Source: Bellilinea sp. (GTDB taxonomy: Bacteria; Chloroflexota; Anaerolineae; Anaerolineales; Anaerolineaceae). Taken from it: a stretch of DNA of 38,435 bases. Positions 32,825-38,435 of the stretch are shown in pieces. The notes beneath the pieces are model-generated. The model was not told the DNA's origin. It worked only from the letters and a program-made list of their open reading frames with translations, and ran no database searches. Every line of letters begins with the position of its first letter. Position 1 is the first letter of the stretch. The translations under genes were made by a program, and so were the position numbers. The stretch is taken from assembly GCA_036514835.1 (NCBI GenBank), contig DATBWK010000099.1:1-38435 (forward strand), read 5' to 3'.

Positions 32825-34639
32825 ATGGTTAAAGCGCAAGGCAATATTCAGATCGGCATTGGAATTACAACTGCTGACGCCGAAAGAAAGCTCAAAGGCG
32901 TATCGGACACCGTTGACGGATTAGGTAATAAGTCGAAAACTTCCGGCCTTGGTATAACGGAATTTAATAGTGCCCTGGCCATTGCTGAAAAGGTGATTGT
33001 CGGCGTTGGTCAAGTATTGGATCAGACCGTTGGCGCATGGAGTAAATACACGGAGTCCATGGGCAAGGCGGCTAAAAACGCAGGTGTATCCTCTGAGGAA
33101 ATGAGCCGGCTCACCCAGGCGGCCGACGATTTCCGGGTCGAGCAAAGTGTGCTGGAATCTGCCATGGCGCTGGCACTAAAGAATGGGTTTGTGCCGACCA
33201 TTGAAAATATCGCTAAGTTATCCGATGAATATATAGCCATCGAAGACCCGGCACAACGCGCCGAATTTGCTTCCAAAATATTTGGTCGGTCGTATGCAGA
33301 GCTCACGCCGATGCTGTTACAGGGCGGGGATGCAATCCGGGCCGGCACGGCCGCGATCGCTGATAATTTGGTCGTCACTGAAAAGGCCGTACGGGAAAAC
33401 ACAAAATATATTGCAGCTCAGGACAACCTGGCCGATTCCTGGCAGGGTCTAAAAAATGCAGCGGGACAGTTCCTACTCCCATATGCCACAGCTTTGCTGG
33501 AAGGGACAGTGGCTGGCGATAACTTCTGGGAAATGATGAAGCGCATCCATGATGAAACCAAAGAAACAGACCCGGCCATTGAGGCGTCTACGGATCGGTT
33601 GCAAGCGCAAGCGGATGCGTACGATCGGGCGAAAACCGCAGCTAAAGCCAAAATAGATGCCGAAAATCAGTCGCATTTGGATGCGTTGGCAGCGCGTCAA
33701 GCAGCATACACTCAGGCCGTGAAAGATGGGCGGATCGAAGTTCAAACGTACACTGACGAGCTGGGCAATGAACTAAAAACCATGGATGAGTTGAAGCTGT
33801 TTATGGCCGGCCCGATGGGAAATGAAATATATAATTTCAACCAAAAGCAGGAAGACTTGGCGGAAAAAGCTGCAAATATCCAAAAAGAAATTGATGAGCT
33901 TGCCACTAAAAAATATTTATCAACTGAACAACGGGAAGAACTTGCGGCATTGCAGGGAAAATTGGGAGAAATTAATGAACAAATTGGCGCGAATGCCGAC
34001 GCCCACGACGAAGCCACTAAGCGCATTCTATTTGACATGATGCAGCAGCAAATGGCGGTGGATGGATTGTCCCAAAAAGAGCAAGATGTATTGTGGGAAA
34101 TATCCAAAAATTGGGGACTGATCGACCAGGCAACCTATGAAGCCTGGATGCAGATGAAAAACTATACCGGCTCGATTGACGATGCCGCATTGCCCGCTGA
34201 TATCCTTGCCCGCAAAATAGCGCTATTGCAGGACAAACATATCTGGATCACTACGACCTACGTGGATGAATATGTAAATGCGCTCCAGTATGGAACGGCT
34301 TTGCCACCCACACGCAGCGGCAGCCAAGACGACTTTGCCGAACCACCGTCCGTGGTAGTTCCGGTCACCCCACCACCTAGTAATAATTGGGGCCGAGACA
34401 TAATTGACTATGCGGCGGGCGGATCATTTATGGTGCCGCCTGGCTATGCTAATGACAGTTACCCGCTTGGGCCAGGCCGGAACGCCAGTTCCGGGGAATT
34501 CGTGACGATCTCCCCGACCTTTCATATTACCCAGCAGCCTGGGCAATCTGGCGAAGTTATTGCAGGCATTGTCATGCGCAGAATCGAAGAATTGACCCGG
34601 CGCCGGCGTCTGGCCGGCGGCCGCTACATCGGAGGATGA
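32825..34639 (+). CDS. tape measure protein
   Basis: ~604 aa helical Ala/Glu-rich protein; IFGRSYAELTPMLLQG and C-terminal YAAGGSFMVPPG; position after G/GT. Confidence 0.85.
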   Translation: MVKAQGNIQIGIGITTADAERKLKGVSDTVDGLGNKSKTSGLGITEFNSALAIAEKVIVGVGQVLDQTVGAWSKYTESMGKAAKNAGVSSEEMSRLTQAADDFRVEQSVLESAMALALKNGFVPTIENIAKLSDEYIAIEDPAQRAEFASKIFGRSYAELTPMLLQGGDAIRAGTAAIADNLVVTEKAVRENTKYIAAQDNLADSWQGLKNAAGQFLLPYATALLEGTVAGDNFWEMMKRIHDETKETDPAIEASTDRLQAQADAYDRAKTAAKAKIDAENQSHLDALAARQAAYTQAVKDGRIEVQTYTDELGNELKTMDELKLFMAGPMGNEIYNFNQKQEDLAEKAANIQKEIDELATKKYLSTEQREELAALQGKLGEINEQIGANADAHDEATKRILFDMMQQQMAVDGLSQKEQDVLWEISKNWGLIDQATYEAWMQMKNYTGSIDDAALPADILARKIALLQDKHIWITTTYVDEYVNALQYGTALPPTRSGSQDDFAEPPSVVVPVTPPPSNNWGRDIIDYAAGGSFMVPPGYANDSYPLGPGRNASSGEFVTISPTFHITQQPGQSGEVIAGIVMRRIEELTRRRRLAGGRYIGG

Positions 34640-34640
34640 C

Positions 34641-37118
34641 TTGACCTACAGCGCAAAACTGGTACGCGGCAGCTATACGTTCGACCTAAATGATGGGAAA
34701 TATTCCCTCGGGCAGGACTTTGCTCCGCCCGGCGTTTTGGAGACGGCGTTTCTTTCGGGCGGCACATCGGCCAATCGCTCTGGCGGCGCAGATCTAGTGG
34801 GCACCCGGGCCGAAAACCGTTCCTGGTCCTTTACCGTGCGCTGTCTGGGCAGCGTTTCTGCAGAAACGCATAATCTGGTTTCGCGCCTGGTGTCCTTTTT
34901 GGCCGGGGCAACCGATACCCGGCAGGACAAGACATATTTCGAATTTCGGCCGGATGCAGACCTGCCCGAACCGATCTGGGGAACGTTTGGTCAGGCATTG
35001 AGGTATGAGGTGGTGCATGCCACAACCGCGCTGGATGACCTGTATGGGCGGGGGCAGATCAATCGCAGCGCGATTTTGATGATGGTTAATCTAACGATCA
35101 AACCCTTTGCGCAGGGCCGGCCGCTGCGAACGTGCCTTGCAACAGACGGTATACTGGAGGATCGGGTCGGGACAGTAGATAACAGCAGCCGGGGAGTCAT
35201 TTTGCCGCCTGCTACAACCAATTACGTCAAGAATCCGATCTTTGGAAACAGCACTCCACTCACCGGCTGGACGGCGACCACGGTTACTGCTCGAATAGAT
35301 CGATCCGAAAGACTGTTTGGAATTAACAATATATTATTATCGGGGGCGGCCGGGAAATTTGAAACTGTAACTGACAGCATTGCGGCAGGCACCTACACCC
35401 AAAGCTGTTATGCTAAAAAGAAGGACGGCACCCCCATCACTGATTTGGATGTCAAACTCGGTGCTTCAACCGGGACATTCACAACAACCTACACGCCCGT
35501 TGGAAATGGCTGGTATAGGCTCACTTGCTCGCGTGTACTGGCTGCTCCATCCATTGTGTATGTTTCGGTTTGGACCATCGCTCTGGGCACGGCCGTAGTT
35601 ATAACTGGTTTTCAGCTGAGCTTGCAGGGTACGGATTATCCGCTTTGCCATGGGGATATGCTCGGCGCGACCTGGTCTGGAACTGCTCATAATAGCAACA
35701 GCGTTAGAAGCGTGGACGGATTGATCAAGAATTTTATGAGCGGGGATTTGGTGTCTAATCCCCTTCTCGGTCGCGGAACTATGCGAATCGTCATCAAAAT
35801 GGCGCGCGCTTACAACGAGCTTGCTTCTCGCCTTGGGATTGTTTACACAGGGTCAGCCAATTCACTGCGGCTCTATTACCATTACACCAATTTTCAATTC
35901 GTGATTGGAGAGGGCGGCGTTACTGCTGGCGGCGCTGTCCAATCTTTTATTGCCGGCGCAACATTCACGCTTCACCTTCAATGGTCTACGGCGGGTGTGA
36001 AATTGTATGTTAATGGTACGGCCGATGGCAGCGTAATTCTCTATACCGGCTTGTTCTGGGGCATGGCGCAATTGGGTGATTTGACTGCGGGATTTACTGA
36101 CAAATCCTGCACCTTCCTTGATTTTGCGCTGTTCGATGAAGTTTTGACGCCGGCCCAGATCGCGGCCGACTATGCCCGAATTGCACCTCTGGCCGCGGCG
36201 GATGTCAATATCGGCCGGATCCCCTGGATCTACACCAAAGAGGTGGCGAGCAATGTGAATCGGGTGCGCAATGCGCTGGATACCAACAACAGCAATTTTG
36301 TAGTGGTGGGCGGCGTGCCCGGCTCGGCCGAATGCGATACAGAAATGATTTTGAATCCCCAGATGACCTGGGATCTTGGAGACAATATTTTGATCTCCAA
36401 CTTGAATGCACGAGAATTTATTAACCCGTCTTTATTGTATTTCGACATTAATACCACTGCTGATGCCGACCGTTCTGGCGGCGGCTATGGCAGCCAATCC
36501 ATTGCGTCTCCCAATTATATTTTTGATAATTTCCAAATTACCGTTTCACCTTTTATAATGGAGGCCCTGGTCGGTAAAAATATCTACCTGATGGTAAACA
36601 TGGATGACGCCGGCAGTGGATTGGAGGTTAAATCCAGATTCTACACGGGTACTGGCGTGGTTGGAATTTCAGATTTTTCCTACACCTCAGATCCTAAGCC
36701 ATTCGTTGATACAGCGAGTTTTCAATTTTTTCTGACCAATCCCCTGCTTCTGTCATCCAAAAAATTCTATACTTATGCTTCTCAGCCGGGCGGAGTGTTT
36801 ACCCTGGGTTTCAAAAGAGCAACGGGAACCGCAGATGTAAAGCTGGATTTCTTTGAAATCCTAAGCGGGAAGTTAATATTGGTCATGGGAAGCGGCAATG
36901 GAATTGATGAGGTCGTTATAAATGGCATGCACGCCAATATCTATGGTATTACCAATGAGCTCTCATACCATTCGGTGGCGGTGATCGGAAGTGGTTTAGG
37001 TGTAACGCCAGATCAATATAATGTTTTAACATTTTTCTTTTATCCGTATGGCGCCATTGTGGGCCCAACCCGTGATCTCCTTAGATTTATACTCATTCCC
37101 CGTTGGCATTTGCTATGA
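34641..37118 (+). CDS. distal tail protein with carbohydrate-binding-like and LamG-like insertions
   Basis: N-terminal ENRSWSFTV..LTIKPFA; NYVKNP..VGNGWYR; KLYVNG..FDEVLTPAQI. Confidence 0.7.
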   Translation: MTYSAKLVRGSYTFDLNDGKYSLGQDFAPPGVLETAFLSGGTSANRSGGADLVGTRAENRSWSFTVRCLGSVSAETHNLVSRLVSFLAGATDTRQDKTYFEFRPDADLPEPIWGTFGQALRYEVVHATTALDDLYGRGQINRSAILMMVNLTIKPFAQGRPLRTCLATDGILEDRVGTVDNSSRGVILPPATTNYVKNPIFGNSTPLTGWTATTVTARIDRSERLFGINNILLSGAAGKFETVTDSIAAGTYTQSCYAKKKDGTPITDLDVKLGASTGTFTTTYTPVGNGWYRLTCSRVLAAPSIVYVSVWTIALGTAVVITGFQLSLQGTDYPLCHGDMLGATWSGTAHNSNSVRSVDGLIKNFMSGDLVSNPLLGRGTMRIVIKMARAYNELASRLGIVYTGSANSLRLYYHYTNFQFVIGEGGVTAGGAVQSFIAGATFTLHLQWSTAGVKLYVNGTADGSVILYTGLFWGMAQLGDLTAGFTDKSCTFLDFALFDEVLTPAQIAADYARIAPLAAADVNIGRIPWIYTKEVASNVNRVRNALDTNNSNFVVVGGVPGSAECDTEMILNPQMTWDLGDNILISNLNAREFINPSLLYFDINTTADADRSGGGYGSQSIASPNYIFDNFQITVSPFIMEALVGKNIYLMVNMDDAGSGLEVKSRFYTGTGVVGISDFSYTSDPKPFVDTASFQFFLTNPLLLSSKKFYTYASQPGGVFTLGFKRATGTADVKLDFFEILSGKLILVMGSGNGIDEVVINGMHANIYGITNELSYHSVAVIGSGLGVTPDQYNVLTFFFYPYGAIVGPTRDLLRFILIPRWHLL
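34853..34868. repeat. parS-like palindrome (perfect)
   Basis: CGTTTCTGCAGAAACG in distal tail gene. Confidence 0.85.
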
Positions 37119-38435
37119 GATACAACAACCTCAGCGTTCAAATTCTGGATTCCACCGGCCAGATTCAGGGCGACAATCTGGACCATCTGACCGGGATCTC
37201 GTTTGGTACGATCTACCCGGGCGGACTCTACGGCTCATTCAGTTGTTTTGTACCGAGGAATATCACGCATGCCTGGCAGGTGACGTTTGGCAATATTATT
37301 CGCGCATACAATGGGTTAAAACCGGTTTGGGAAGGGCGAATAACCAGCCTGACTCCGGTGGTCAATGTGGAAGGGCATGGCATTGCCATTACCGCCTTTG
37401 GTTACTGGGCGGATGTACTCATGGCGCGCAAACTGCGCAAGCCCTGGTGCGATACCAGAATCGGGCAGGATGTATGGCCAGAAGCCATTGCCTGGGACGC
37501 GGCCGATATCACGCTGAAGCAAAATTGCACAGTCGACAGGTTGAATCGCATCCGCTTTACCCCGAAAAATGTGGCCTGGGCGCTAAACGATTACCATCGG
37601 GTTTTATATCTGGCGCCGGCCGGGCAAACCATCAAGCGCATCACCTGCAGCTACGATTTTCAGGAAGCCGCGCAGGTCTGGAATTTGGCAATTTATTCCG
37701 GAACATCTGCGCCTGTTACAAATTTAGCAAACATTACTGTCAGCGGAACCGGAACGATCGATCATACGCTTGTTACTCCCAACCAGGGAGTAAATATCAT
37801 ATTCAGGGCATTGGCTGCCCAGACGCCGCCTTCAGACGGTACGATCTACGGCCAGATGAGCAATCTCAAGGTCTATACCGAGACCGGCTCGATCAACCTG
37901 ACCGAGATTGCCAAGGACGTGAGGGCGGTTCCCTCGGAACTCTCCGCCGATGTCAGCCTGATTGGGTCCAACACCTTTGTCACCGAACCGTTCATTGCGG
38001 ACCCACCCAAAAGCCTGGCCGATATCCTCATGGATGCAGCCGGCTACGGCGATGCCAGTTACAACGCCTGGGCAGTGGGGATACGCAGCAGTCACCTGGC
38101 CAGTGATAGCAAGCCGATCCTGTTTGTGGAGCAACAGCCGGTTTTGACTGATTACGACTATGCTTTGCGGGTAGATGAAACCAACGTGGTCGGGCAGCTC
38201 AGCTTTAGCCAAAATGTGGAGGACGTGCGCAATTACATCCTAGTCCAGTATGAGACATCGGACGGCGCGCCGGCGTACCTTACTCCGGATGATGATACCA
38301 CGCTGAAGGACGCCACTTCCATTACCAGTTATGGTGAACGGCACGAGCTGATCACAGTACGAACCTCGGTGACCGCCAAGGCGGCCAATGTGGCCAGGCG
38401 GATACTGGCGGCCCGCAAAAACGCACAGTGGCGGG
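37115..38435 (+). CDS. tail protein (Tal/hub-like), partial, runs off the window; missing from the ORF track
   Basis: ATGA-coupled; MRYNNLSVQI..PGGLYG..VWEGRI..SITSYGERH..RRILAARKNAQWR open with no stop for 440 codons. Confidence 0.8.
   Translation, partial: MRYNNLSVQILDSTGQIQGDNLDHLTGISFGTIYPGGLYGSFSCFVPRNITHAWQVTFGNIIRAYNGLKPVWEGRITSLTPVVNVEGHGIAITAFGYWADVLMARKLRKPWCDTRIGQDVWPEAIAWDAADITLKQNCTVDRLNRIRFTPKNVAWALNDYHRVLYLAPAGQTIKRITCSYDFQEAAQVWNLAIYSGTSAPVTNLANITVSGTGTIDHTLVTPNQGVNIIFRALAAQTPPSDGTIYGQMSNLKVYTETGSINLTEIAKDVRAVPSELSADVSLIGSNTFVTEPFIADPPKSLADILMDAAGYGDASYNAWAVGIRSSHLASDSKPILFVEQQPVLTDYDYALRVDETNVVGQLSFSQNVEDVRNYILVQYETSDGAPAYLTPDDDTTLKDATSITSYGERHELITVRTSVTAKAANVARRILAARKNAQWR

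Larger units (their letters stand above)
1..38435. mobile_element. temperate tailed phage (siphovirus-like, Mu-type head genes), near-complete, excised/circularly permuted
   Basis: Integrase plus attP-like site, repressor, replication, lysis, terminase, portal, capsid and tail modules; no host housekeeping genes; no tail sheath recognised. Confidence 0.93.

Noticed and set aside
37048-38106. 352-aa plus-strand ORF in the track
   Set aside because: Alternative frame over the coupled tail gene starting at 37115; composition is not protein-like
34641-38435. Diversity-generating retroelement or invertible tail cassette
   Set aside because: No reverse transcriptase, no TR/VR pair and no invertase or flanking inverted repeats seen

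Overview
The window looks like an essentially complete ~38.4 kb temperate tailed phage genome in excised or circularly permuted form. An intact attP-like 3' fragment of tRNA-Lys(UUU) follows a tyrosine integrase mid-window, and the tail ORF running off the right end appears to continue at position 1. Layout: leftward replication arm (247-3745: HNH, HTH/DnaA-N initiator with iterons, frameshifted VRR-NUC); int-attP; small XRE repressor with back-to-back consensus promoters; early genes ending in a long ParB; lysis cassette (GH25); TerS/TerL; Mu-type portal, protease-scaffold and capsid; fibre module; non-contractile tail. The host may be Chloroflexota/Anaerolineae (weak inference from gene style only). 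Three observations stand out. (1) An array-less type IV-B CRISPR-Cas-like effector cassette (HTH-csf1, csf2, cysH-like, csf3) is inserted in the head module, and its Cas7/Csf2 appears to carry a whole Cas11-like helical domain inserted in its N-terminal region. (2) A convergent small-gene operon with a palindromic operator lies next to it, at the position where Mu-like phages carry acr-aca loci. (3) Ten copies of a parS-like 16-bp palindrome CGTTTCTGCAGAAACG are spread through the genome, always inside genes and in the same frame (V-S-A-E-T), alongside an orphan ParB. All family calls come from motif recognition by eye; no database searches were run.
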